Origin: Azolla caroliniana
Taxonomy: Eukaryota > Plantae > Polypodiophyta
Length of the DNA: 64,000 nt
Reading direction: 5' to 3'
Assembly: GCA_043228905.1 (NCBI GenBank)
Contig: JBHGNT010000010.1
Coordinates: 17,546,001-17,610,000 of the forward strand
A model generated the notes under the pieces. The model saw nothing but the letters and a program-made list of their open reading frames with translations, had not been told where the DNA came from and made no database searches. Every line of letters starts with the position of its first letter. Positions within the stretch are counted from its first letter, which is position 1. Position numbers and translations under genes: made by a program. Shown here piece by piece: positions 43,673-55,909 of the stretch.

Positions 43673-44794
43673 TGTGGTGTGCATATGTTCCTTTGTGCCA
43701 CCCTTTTAGCACACCGTTTTTAGTTAAGCCAACCCAAATGGGTACCTTTGTATGAACTATAAATTGAGTAAGAAGTAAGAAGCTAACTAGGCTAGTTTTG
43801 ATCTCTTATGTGCATTTCACATATTGGTGGAGATGCGAGGTACCAGTCCCCCACATCCAAGCATCCACCTCTTCCCCCTCATCTTAGGTTGCCCACTAAC
43901 TTCTTGTCCAATGAGTTTCCCCGATCCCCCTTTGACACGATAGCCCTCCTATCCCCCACCTCAACCAAGACCAGGTGGCCCTTAGTCCACATGAGCGATT
44001 GATCTCTATCCGCCTATAGCCCTCACGTTCTTGAACTATGATTATGGTTATGCTCATAAGTCGAGGTGGCCCTCAATCCACATGAGCGATTGATCTCTTT
44101 CCGCCTATAGCTCTCCTGTCCCCCACCTCATCCAAGTCCAAGTGGCTCTCAGTCCACAAGAGCGATTGATCTTTATCTGTCAATTGCTAGCTTGTTTTTC
44201 GTCACTAGCCCCGTCCAACTATCTGGGTTGACAGTTCCGCGGGGATGTCCTCGACGCCATTGCAGCTCAACTCAGTGTCCAACAGATGTTTACGTCCCCA
44301 TACCATCCTCAGACAAATGACTGCACCAAACGCCTCAACAAGACCCTCAAGAAGGATATTGCCGCTTACATTGATTCATGCCACAAAACCTGGGATCAAA
44401 TCTTGCCTTTCATCACCCACACCTACAATACATCCGTATAGGTGTCAACATGGATTAATCCTCTTTCGAGCACTCTATTGGCGTAACCCTCACCCCCCAC
44501 CAGAATCGTCCATTGATGTCTATTCAAAACCTACCAACATGGATAATGCCACTTGGGAGCTCTATCTCCAACATATGCTCCCCCTCATTCGACAAGCCAC
44601 TACTCATGTTCCTGCTCCTCAATGTCTTGTTTCTCTCAGCGGGGAAGTGTGGTGTGCATGTGTTCCTTTGTGGCACCCTTTTAGCACACCCTTTTTAGCT
44701 AAGCCAACCCAAATGGGTATCTTTGTATAAACTATAAATTTAGTAAGAAGTAAGAAGCTAACTAGGGGTTTTGATCTCTTGCGTGCATTTCACA
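43673..44794 (+). mobile_element. miniature non-autonomous Ty3/gypsy LTR element (TRIM-like)
   Basis: LTRs 43673-43821 and 44648-44794 (TG...CA). PBS TGGTGGAGATGCGAGGTA at 43825, complementary to the tRNA-Ala 3' end. Purine tract AGCGGGGAAG before the 3' LTR. ATAT flanks both ends. Integrase remnant TSPYHPQTNDCTKRLNKTL...HKTWDQILPFITHTYNTSV at ~44292-44490. Confidence 0.88.
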
Positions 44795-45216
44795 ATATAA
44801 TTATGTATTTTTTCTGGAGAGAGAGAGAGAGAGAGAGAGAGATTACATTAGGGTAGATTTTTTACTGTTGATGAGGAGAAGAATTTTGACGTATGGGACC
44901 GAATAAACATATCATATTGTATGTGTTTTCTCCTAAGAAGGGGAGGCAACTACTCTATATTAAAAGCTCTACTTATGAGCATAACCATAATCATAGTTCA
45001 AGAACTTTAGGCTTATGTGTGGGCTAAATAATGAGGAATGAAGGGTAAAGATTGAGTTATTATCAATCCTAGGGTTCGTGATAACTTTACAGAGTTTCAT
45101 TACTTTACCACCAATAATAAAGAAATCAAGTGTGAAATAGACAAGGGCCTAGGCCCAAGGTTTGGGCTTATATAAGAAGACTAGCTACCTTCCTAAAGGG
45201 AATCAATACCTTATTT

Positions 45217-48200
45217 TGTTGAGAGATCAAGCTCAACTTAGTTTAGTTAGTTAGTCAACCATGTAACTTCGTAGTTACCTAGATAGAATCTAGTTAGAAG
45301 TGTTGACTATAACGCCTTAAATAGGACCTTGTACTTAAGTAGGATATTCTAGATCCTCCACGCCCAAGGTCATTCAATATAGGACTTACACGGTTGTACC
45401 TATATTCTACTCACACATGTGCACCTTTGCACATGAGATGTATATATACCTCATTGAGGGTATTTTTGATGATAATGATGCTAATTTAATATAATTACTC
45501 ATCCCCCATCTTGTCATTGTTCATAAGTGTATCTTCCTCTCTCTTTTCCTCTCACACACATATCACTTAATTTTCCGCTTAGCTTAATCACATAATTAGG
45601 TGCTAATTAACCCGCAGTTAATTACCTAATTCTTAACATGGTATCAAAGCATGTGGTTTAGAAAATCCACTAAGCCCAATCGACTCTGTGATTGTGTGTT
45701 TGAGACGCCGACAACAAAATTCGGCTATCCGCTACCATAGTGCCGCTACGTAGCACGAGTACTTGATCGATGGAAGAAAAGCGAAAAAGGAAGACACTAC
45801 ATCAAAATGAACACACAAATGGGTAGCTCACTCCCTAGTGAAAAGCTAGACCGAAGCAATTATTCATCTTGGGAGTACAAGATGACCCAATACCTCGTCA
45901 GCCAAGGGTATTGGAGCTACATCAACGACACTCAAGAAAATCGGCCCAACCCAAAGAACGCCGACTACTCAACATGGGAGCAAGCGGCAAGTCGAGTCAT
46001 GTATTTCTTGGCAATATGTGTATTCGACCACATGCTTAGCCACATTTGAGACGCCAAGCCGCCCAAAGAGGCGTGGGAGAACTTAAAGAAAATGTTTGCC
46101 GCCAACACGACTGCCCGAAAGCTTCAACTCCAACAAGAGTTGAACAACATTCGGCAAAAAGACATGTCCATGTCAGATTTCACTGCCAAGATCAAGAGCA
46201 TTTGCAACTCGCTTGGCTCCATCAAAATAAATGTTGACAAAGACGAGATGGTTCAAGTATGCTTGGGTGGCCTTGCACAACGATTCGACTCGTTGATGAC
46301 GACAATCTTGGGGAGGGAAAACCCTCCTTCGTTCTTTGACCTTCAATCAATGCTAATGGTTGAAGAGAACCACGTCCAAACCAAAACCAAGACATCAGAA
46401 GGACAAATGTTCTTCTCAAATTCAGATGGTGGCCAAGGACGAGGTCGATTCGACCCAAACCTTTGACAACAAGACGGAAGGCATCAAGGAACCTTCGGAA
46501 GAAGGGGGAGCTTCCATGGCAAAAAAGATCGGCAAAAGTGGCCCATTGCTTGCAACTATTGCGGCAAAATCGGCCACCGCGAAGAGGAGTGTCAGAAAAA
46601 GAGAAGCGAGTCGGCTTCGACAAGCCGACAACTCACAAACTATGCCAACAACTCTGAATATGATGACTATGATGGTCTATTCATGATGAGACATAAAGTG
46701 AAATGTATGTCGGTCCCCAACTCCACAAGCACCTCCAACTCGGAAGACGTGTGGTTCGTCAACTCCGGCGCTTCGCATCATATGACGTCACACCAAGAAT
46801 GGGTTCGTGACATAAGAACGCCGGACCGACCCGGCTTCATAGAGACAGGAGACGACACCACACATCCCATTCGACACATCGACAATGTCCCATTCGGGAA
46901 AGAAGGCGAGCAAACTTGCATCTAGAATGTATTGCACGTGCCCACAATAACGAAGAATTTGGTCTCAGTTGGCCAAATCGTGGAGCAAGGCATGCAAGTC
47001 CGCTTCAACAACGAAGGTTGTTTCATCGAGAAAGATGGCCGACTCATAGCCAAGGGACGGAGAGACGGTCGCATGTTCATCCTCGATTCAAACGAGGTGA
47101 AATCGGCCATGTATGTTAAAGGTCTCAAAACCGAGACAAGCATCGAGTTGTAACACAAGAGAATCGGCCACATAAACCTCCAACGGTTGCGAGCTATGCA
47201 AACAAAGGGAGTCGTCATCGGACATCCAACATTTGAGTCGACCGAATATGTGAAGCGTGTCAACTCGGCAAACAACATTGACTCTCATTCCTGAAGGAGA
47301 GCTATGCAAGCAAAGGCCTCCTCGACATCATACACTCGGATGTATGGGGATCGTCTCAAACACCGACGATCGACAGATGCCGATACTACGTCACCTTCAT
47401 GGACGACTACTCTCGCTACATGTGGATCTTTCCGATGAAGAAGAAGAGCGAAGTGTTCTCCCACTTCCAAAAGCTCAAATGGCAAGTCGAAAAAGAAATC
47501 AGTTAGCACATTTGATGCCTACGATCAGATGGAGGAAAGGATTTCTTCTTCGACTAATTCACCTCCTACCTCCAAAGTGAAGGCATTCAAAGAGAATTCT
47601 CATGCCGACACACACCCCAACAAAATGGTGTCGCTGAAAGGAAGAATCGGCAAATACTCGAGGTAGTACGGGCCATGTTACATGAGAAGCACATGTCGAA
47701 CTTCTATTGGGCCATCTATCTCATGAATCGATGCACCACCAATGGAGTGCATGAACTAACTCCATACGAGCTCCTTGTCGGAAGGAAGCCCCGAGAGCCC
47801 TATAGAAGTGGCTCATAACCCACGATGGGTGGAAGTAGTCGGTCTTCACCCACACTCTACAAGCCTTCATCACCGGCTTGAGGGGGAGGAACTTAGATTG
47901 CCTCAGAAAGGCCAAAGAAAGCCGAAGGCCGGACAGAAGCACACAAAGTCGACGAAAGCCAAAGCAGATGTCAGACGCCTCACATATGAGCTTGAGGGGG
48001 CGTGTTGAGAGATCAAGCTCAACTTAGTTTTGTTAGTTGGTCAACCATGTAACTTCGTAGTTACCTAGATAGAATCTAGTTAGAAGTGTTGACTATAATG
48101 CCTTAAATAGGATCTTTGTACTTAAGTAGGATATTCTAGATCCTCCACTCCCAAGGTCATTTAATATAGGACTTACACGGTTGTACCTATATTCTACTCA

Positions 48201-48426
48201 CACATGTGCACCTTTGCACATGAGATGTATATATACCTCATTGAGGGTATTTTTGATGATGATGATGATGCTAATTTAATATAGTTACTCATCCCCCATC
48301 TTGTCGTTGTTCATAAGTGTATCTTCCTCTCACACACATACACACACATATCACTTAATCTTCTGCTTAGCTTAATCACATAATTAGGTACTAATTATCC
48401 CGTACTTAATTACCTAATTCTTAGCA
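45217..48426 (+). mobile_element. Ty1/copia LTR retrotransposon, internally deleted and inactive
   Basis: LTRs 45217-45638 and 48003-48426, TSD TATTT, PBS TGGTATCAAAGC (tRNA-iMet), PPT GAGCTTGAGGGGGCG. Gag from 45807 with zinc knuckle CNYCGKIGHREEEC, protease WFVNSGASHHM, integrase IIHSDVWG / DDYSRY / PQQNGVAERKNR. Multiple stops; no RT or RNaseH. Confidence 0.95.
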
Positions 48427-49524
48427 TATTTCATACTTACTTTCAAGACAGTTTGGCAAAGATCTAGCTTTAGACACACATTCTTCCTCTATCAAAGCCA
48501 ATATACGATGCATGTATGAACTCGGTGGAATGGAATGCTAACGAGGGACTCATATCTATCTGTCACCTTCGCTAAGGGTTGGTTGGGTGGTCTAACACCG
48601 TTCTTCCTTATTTTCTCCTTAAGTTTGCTTAAACGTTAACTAAGCTTTATTTAGTTGCTATTCAAGCATGGTTATTCTTTTCTTGTGTTTGCTTGTTCCT
48701 TTTTTGTTTATTCCTAGCTCGGGAGCAGTTAATGGAGTGCATCTTTTTTTATCAAGGGGCAAGCAACTTGAGAGCGTTGATATCTTCGTTTCTCTATTCT
48801 TTTGTTTTTTTCAATATTCTTCCCTTCTCTCTTGTTATGTATTTGTTTTTTTCTTCCTTTCCATTACATGCATATGATGTTCACCCTATGTAAATATTGT
48901 AGTTTGTGTGGATATTTGTATATCCACGTGTCTGTTAATGTAGTGTTTCTATCTCGATATCAACATGGATGAGGGTGTTTGTGACATGCATCATCACCAA
49001 CAATGTGGTGTGTGTGTGTATGTATATGTATATCGTTACACCCAATGTTGGCTTTGGCCAAGTACACAACAATCACTATGGAAGGAGACCTTGTTTTTGA
49101 CTAGTCGTTACTACCTTTGTTGCAATGTGGCAAATGGTTGCCTCATCGCCCTTGTAGATAACATGGCAAGGGGCTAGAAACTCGACATCACCAATACCAC
49201 ATTGATAATGCCTTAACATGATGGGAAACTACAAACCCGGCCCAATTTATTTTATTAAATGTCAACACACACACATTTGGCGAAGGACCATAACACTCTA
49301 GCTCATATAAACTATAATTGTTGGACTCTATATAAGGGTGTTCTCTCCTTATTCTAGCTAGACTTTGTAGTGACCTAACACATTGTAAATGGAGGTGTGG
49401 AGCTATTGAAGAATGTTAAGTACTTATTATAATAGTTGGACTCTGTATAAGGGTGTTCTCTCCTTATTATACATGGAGGTGTGGACTCTTGTCGTATGTG
49501 TTGTGGGCCGACTAAACTACACAT

Positions 49525-49900
49525 AGTTTGATAATGGGGTACATGCTGGCCGAGCTCATGTTCGGACAAAAGCCAATCATGCCGGTAGAAAGGACTATCA
49601 CCTTGTGGATGGCAATAGACTGGGCGAACGAGAAGAATCGGGAGGAGCTATTGGTTGCACGAATTCGACAACTCAAGAGGCTATTGGAGGGCGTGGAGCG
49701 AGCAAGGGAGAGGGTGAAGGAGGCATGAATGAAGAACAAGGGACGGTTCAATTGGATGCACCGACTTAGATCGAGGAAGATTGAAGAAGGTGATTGGGTG
49801 TTGGTCCATGATAGTAGCCTTGACAACCAACACTGATTGACGCAAAAATTCGCAAGGTGGTTCAAGCCATATATGGTATCAAGTGCCACAAGAGAAGATA
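49525..49900 (+). mobile_element. Ty3/gypsy integrase C-terminal remnant, probably followed by a PPT and LTR-like sequence to ~50560
   Basis: GYMLAELMFGQKPIMPVE...REELLVARIRQL...RKIEEGDWVLVHDSSLDNQH*LTQKFARWFKPY. Purine tract at ~49926-49940. Confidence 0.7.
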
Positions 49901-51889
49901 GCTTTGTTAGCACTTATGAGCCCTTGAAAAGAGGGGAGGAATAATAGGACGAGATGGGAGGGATTTAAGTAAATCTATAAGAAAAACGGTTGTGAGAACT
50001 ACTGATGTAACCAATCCTCCTTGAGCTATAAAAGGAGGAGAGGAAAACTATTTAGGGATCAATTGTTTTGGAAGGGAAAGGTGTTGTCTATTTGTGAAGT
50101 CATGTTGTCATGTTCTCTAGGTTTTCCGTTCTGGCTATTCGGTTAGTTCGTGCGAGGCCTTTTCTTACGTAAGTAGCCCGTTTGCTCCCGAATAGAGGCT
50201 CACCAAAGCATGTTTGTTGAGCTCGGAGCTTTGTTTTCTGGCCTTTAGCCATCTCTTTGTATTTTGTCTGTCTTTAATCAATTACTTGGCATTGTTGTAT
50301 CTGGGGTGTGGGTGTTCTTTGTACTGGTCTATTCATTTCGTGTGAACAATCGACTCTCTACCTCTTGTGTATGAAAAGGTGTCATCCTTCTCTCCTTTAT
50401 TCTACGCTTACTGACTCGCATCTAAGATGCCCGTGTACTCATCTTTCAGAATTCAGTGACGAAGCCAGATCAGATACTATTTTGCAAGCTTGTGTGCTCA
50501 ATAAACGGACTCTGGTAACCAGGCCGGATCGGTCACTGCAAACCTCAGCTGTCACTCATTCTTAAACCCCTTGATCCACAACATCTTAGGTGAACCTGAC
50601 ATGAAAGGGCGGCAAGTGAGTTTCAAGATGAGAGGGGGCGAGCTTACAGAAGCAATGGTGGCCGCCGTGGACCACTTGCAGTTTGATCTTAATTTATACC
50701 ATTTGCGGTAAGGATCAATGTTATGTGAAACCCACAAAAAATGAACATAACTCTGCTATGTGTAAATGCATTAAACGAAGTAATACACATCACAAGAGAG
50801 ATCCTAAAAGCTAAATCACAGTAAAACAAACTTCTATCAAAATCAACCTACAAAAATTTCACATGGAGATTGCACAATCCAACCCCAAAAAATCCATGGT
50901 AGAGGTAAGAATAAAAGTGAACTACGGAAAATTCCTCAATCAGTTCCAATTTTATTTACATGGAGAAATTGCCATCTAAGAAATTTAAATCAAATTCAAT
51001 AATAGAGTTTCATGATGACAAGCACAATTCATTGTGTGCCTGACCCATGCCTTGTGTAAAACTGCTTCATTTATTGGTGCCATTTTCAAATGTGTAAGGC
51101 CTGATAATAGCCTCTTTAAAAAATAAAGATTTAGGGAAATGCAAATAATTACCAGCCGTCAAGCTGAAAATGCTGTACCTGTAATACTTTTTGGGCTTCA
51201 ACCTGGAGTTCTTGTTCAATGCTTCCCAAACAACACTTTTGTCAAACCCAAAAAGTCAATATTCTGTTGCTAAAAGAGTTCCCAGCAACAAACATAATTT
51301 GTTTCCACTAATGGAAAACAAAACGCACAAACTGAAAATTGAACAGTGTCAAAAGAATAACTCATGCAACTGAAAACAGTGCCCTTCTAACATAATATGA
51401 CCAGTGATAGTTTGATTTTAATTCAGTTCAGCACCTTTGAGTTCCGTAATCAGGTAATTTTACTTTGCTCCCCATAAATGCCATTTATAAAGCCACGAAC
51501 ATGAGAGAATAATATCACCAGCCTGTCGTAATATCTGAAACTTTTTAGAAACTCAGATGGAATTCATAATTTGTATGTTCTTTATGAGTTGTTAACAAAT
51601 GAAAACCAATGATCAATTCTCCATACAATAAGACATTAAACTTGGGAAAAAACCATGTATACAGTAATTTAAAAGAAGTGCTAATGTTCAATCTACGGTA
51701 TTAAAGATTTTAATCTGTTGGGAGCAGAAGAGCAAATTGAATTTCTTGATTTCTCTTCAGCTTGATTTTTCAGGGATCTAACTTCTTAAAAAACCTCATA
51801 ACGCAAGTAGTCTTAATAAATGTAGTTGGGGTTTCTAGATAAGGCAATGCTACTTCACTTATGGATGAACAGGTGTTATAAAACATTCC

Positions 51890-52537
51890 TGCCATACTTA
51901 TTGGGTCCATTCAACATTGTCATTGAAGATTTTTCAATTCAATGACACCTACCAAGAAACTTGAAGTCATCAACATGTATTCATCTTGTAAAAGTGGAGA
52001 AACTATAATGGACATAAAGTTGGCACAGTGGAACAAAATCAGGTTGCAAGATTCATGTACTACATGACACAAATCTATTTGAGTTCAACTTTTTACGAGT
52101 TTAGCAACTTTACTTAAGGATGAACAGGTGTTAAAGATTGCTGCTTTAAAGTGGAAAGAAAAGTGCAAAGTATCTTCTTGCCAGTGATTCATCAAGATTG
52201 CCGCCTGTTATTCCGATTCAGGGACAAATAAAGGCGAAGGGATATAGAGGAGTGTCAATTATCCCATATTACGTGCTAGACCCCCTTTTTGGTTTTGGAA
52301 AAGAAACTTCATTGGCTTTAGTAGTAAAACCTGTGCAACAAATTATTGCCATACTTTTTGGGTCCATTAACATTGTCATTACAACATTCCAATCAATGAC
52401 ACCCAGCAACAAACTTGAAGTCATCATCATGTATATTCACCTTGTAAAGTTGGCAAGGTGGAACGAAATCAGGTTGCAAGATTCATGTAATACATGACAC
52501 AAATGAAATTGAGCTCAACTTTTTACAAGTTAGCAAT
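51890..52537. repeat. ~200-bp direct repeat pair
   Basis: tgccatact..ttgggtccatt...aaacttgaagtcatca...aaatcaggttgcaagattcatgta.tacatgacacaaat at 51890-52108 and 52347-52537. Confidence 0.85.
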
Positions 52538-53689
52538 TACTACATACTTGCAACTTGGAAAGAGGATCATTGAATGATAGCTCCTATGATATTAAAATCT
52601 TCTTGTCCTCCCTCACACATAACACTGACCCCACCAAAGAACCATAGTGATGAAGATGCTTGAGTCGCACATTTCTATTTTTATTCCCTGCGTTAACCTT
52701 GGGGGGATGATACTCAGCTATCTCATATGATTATGAATTACTGATCTTGTCAAAAGACAGGAATGTATCCCAAACAATCAGAGAATCGTTTTTGAGGCCC
52801 AAGTATATATTATTTAATGTTTTCATCATAAAATGATACAGAAATTAACTTATGGATATATATATTTCACAACAATGTGTCTTTCCTTTTTATGCAGGCT
52901 GGAAAAATGTTCACAATGCATCAACTCTCTTCACACAGCACTCACTCCTTGACACAACCGAAGGGCTATCCTAACCAGCCTGGTCATCCTAGGAGGGCTG
53001 AGCTTGATAGGTGCTCAAATAGACCATACCAAGTCGCAATGGTCCTATCCAGGTTCTCTCACAAGAATAGTCAAAGACATGATTAGTTACTCATGTAGTC
53101 AATCCACAATATCTATTCTTCTGGCATTTGCAAGGTTTTCAGACATTTAGAATGAGTGTTTTTCAAGCCGGAGTTGGGACATCTTGTGTGGAAATTCCTT
53201 GGAGGTTAGGATAGCACATTGAAAGGTTTGATGAACTTTCCTCACACTCTACATATCTATTGACCTCTCATGTAGTGTGTTTTGAGGCATATTCCAATAT
53301 TTCTTTGATTATTTAGAGTAAATATTCAAAATTGATATAAGACAAGTGCGATAGACATGCTCTCTGAAGAGGACATGATTACATATCCTATTTCTCATAG
53401 CGACAACGGACTCTTTTGATCACAACTTTTCAAAATACACCTAGCCTTTTCATCTTGCACTCATCCATTGTTACTCAGCAACAAATGATTTTTCCCCTGA
53501 TAAAACTAAGCTAGTAGCACTGAAATGTTGTGATATACAATCAACGAACTCGGCTGTAGAACTTCAAGAGGAGAAATTGATGAAAAGAGTAATGTTGAGA
53601 TTTTGGACACACAAGACTAAATTTCACATCCAAAAAACTAGATTACCCCTGAACTAGGATGTTGAAACATTACCTTACCTATCACAGGT

Positions 53690-53935
53690 GACCTACTAAC
53701 AGTACGTGCTTATGTAGAACTAACCTTGATTTTAGAATTTGAATTGTCCAAATTTTTGATTGAGTGAATATTTGTTTGAGTGGCTTGAAAGAAAGTATAT
53801 CTGATTTCATCTGTGAGGCAACCTATTACCAGTACGTCCTAATGTAGAACTAACCTTGATTTAAAATTTGAATTGTCCAAATTTTTGATTGAGTGGCTTG
53901 AAAGGAAATATATCTGATTTCATCTGTGAGGCAAC
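53690..53935. repeat. ~120-130-bp tandem duplication in an intron
   Basis: cagtacgt...tgtagaactaaccttgattt...atatctgatttcatctgtgaggcaac twice. Confidence 0.85.
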
Positions 53936-54007
53936 AGAAATGAATCGTTTGTAGATAAAAGCTCTGAAATATATTTATTGATCATTCCATAAAGCTCAAA
54001 AACTCAC

Positions 54008-55302
54008 CTTAAATTAGAATCCATAACATTATGATGGGTTTCATTATCATTACTTTTATCTAGCCAATCCGATGAATTCATTGCATCTCTTCTTCCTTCG
54101 TAAGCCTTTGGTTGTGCCCTTACATTGTAATGAGATGCCATATCTAGTTTACGGTTCTTTGGCATGTGACTAGGTGAAGAAAAATCCAGATGATCTTTAT
54201 CACATTTGAAAATCATGTTCTCCACACAAGGATTACTTGAGTCAACACTGGACGTTAAATGAGATTGCCTTTGAATCACACTATCATCTTCCTTGATCAC
54301 ATGCATTTCACATGATGATTGGTTTATGCAATCCATTCTATTGTCATGAAAAGAAAATTCTTGCTCTGTTGCTCCAAACGCACCTTGCCTTTCCTCTCTA
54401 AACTGAATCTCTCCTTTGTGCTCATGAACTTCCCATGAAAAGCTCTCTCCTTCACTTTCATTTCCATCATTGGTGTGCATTATTCTCTGATCAGCTAAAT
54501 CCATCAATTCATTAACATTCACATGCACATCTTGGTCCAGATCAAGAGCCAATTCCAGCTGATCTATCGTTTGGCAAGCATCAACAGCTAAGCTAGCACG
54601 AGAAGTAATATTAGAATGATGATCATTCTTAAGCATGGAAAAAGTGTTTCCATAGCTGCTAGGAATAGGATGAAGATCCGCATGACTATTTGGATTTCTT
54701 GTTTCATTTTCAGGGTAATCCGTGCCATTTCTAGCTTCAGAATCCTGATAAGCTTTTGAATATTGCATAATTTCTCTTGTTTCATGAGAATGCTGATAAG
54801 TGTTTGGATACTCCATTGCGTTTCTTGCTTCTTCAGAAGCCTGAAATGGTACAGTACTGTTTCTCGCTGCCTCAGTATCCAGATAAAGTTTTGAATACTG
54901 CGGAGAAGTCCCTGTTTCAAAATTAGTTGCATTTCTTGACTTTGCAGAGTCGTGTTCAGCCAAATCGTTTCTTACTTTTTCAGAATCCTGATAATCCACA
55001 AAGTCTCTTGTCCTTTCATCCTGGTAACCTCCACTGTTTCTGGCTACTTCAGGCACCTGAAAAGCCATAGCATTTCTTCCCCCTTCAGCATCCTGAACAA
55101 ACGGCTTCGGACACTCCATCGCCATATCCGTGTCTTCAAGGCCTACGTTGTATTTAGCGGCCCAAGCTTCTATGGTTCGGAGGACATCTTCCAGGAAGAG
55201 GATGAGAGCATCTCCACTCTTGGAACCTGATGAAAGGAGGTCGACAGTGTTGGACATGTCCTGCAGGACCTCTCGCAAGGCGTCGATACTTCCATCATCC
55301 AT
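54008..55302 (-). CDS. uncharacterised protein, large first coding exon (~431 aa); downstream exons unresolved
   Basis: 1.3-kb stop-free frame starting at an ATG preceded by a CT microsatellite and a telo-box (55328). Ends at a consensus AG|GTGAGT donor. No family recognised. Confidence 0.75.
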
Positions 55303-55503
55303 AGCTGTTTCTTCGTCGTCTGCTGCTAAACCCTAACTAAAACCTGACTCCTGAGAGAGAGAGAGAGAGAGACGAGAGAGACGAGAGACGAGAGGCTATT
55401 TTTAAGAATATTGTAAATTATGATTAGGCAAAGATTTGCTCTTACTTTTGGGTTTTAACTAGATTCTTGAAAGAAAGAAAGAAAAGCCCCCTCCTCTTCC
55501 CAT

Positions 55504-55909
55504 TAACAATCAGCAACGGTTCGGTTCCGGTTTGAGAGGGTCCAAACCGAACCGGTTTGGAACCGAACTGTTTTTTTTTTCTTTAACCTGAACCAAACCA
55601 TGAAACCGTTAAACATTTTTCAAACCGTACAAACCGCGGTTTTGTGGTTTGGTTTCGGTTTTCAACTTAGGTCAAAGTTTAATTTTTTAAATTTACAATA
55701 TTTCATTATTTTAAAATTTTAAAGATGTTCCTACAATGTGAGAATAAGGTCTAAAAATGAAAAGATTGTTTAAAAACAATTTTTTTAAAAAATCGTTTAA
55801 ACCACAGTTTTTGACTGTTGAAACCAAACTGAACTGTTGAAACCATTAAGCCGTTAAGCCATGGTTTCGTGGTTCAGTTCCGTTCAAACTAAAACGTTGT
55901 TGATTGTTA
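55504..55909. mobile_element. hAT-type MITE, same family as 33553-34011, opposite orientation
   Basis: TIRs TAACAATCAGCAACGG / ACGTTGTTGATTGTTA. Flanks CTTCCCAT and CTTCTGAT match 6/8. Interior is the reverse complement of the 33.5-kb copy with a deletion. Confidence 0.85.

Noticed and set aside
50656-50675. TGGTGGCCGCCGTGG as a PBS after the gypsy LTR-like region
   Set aside because: I could not match it confidently to a tRNA 3' end or define the LTR boundaries.
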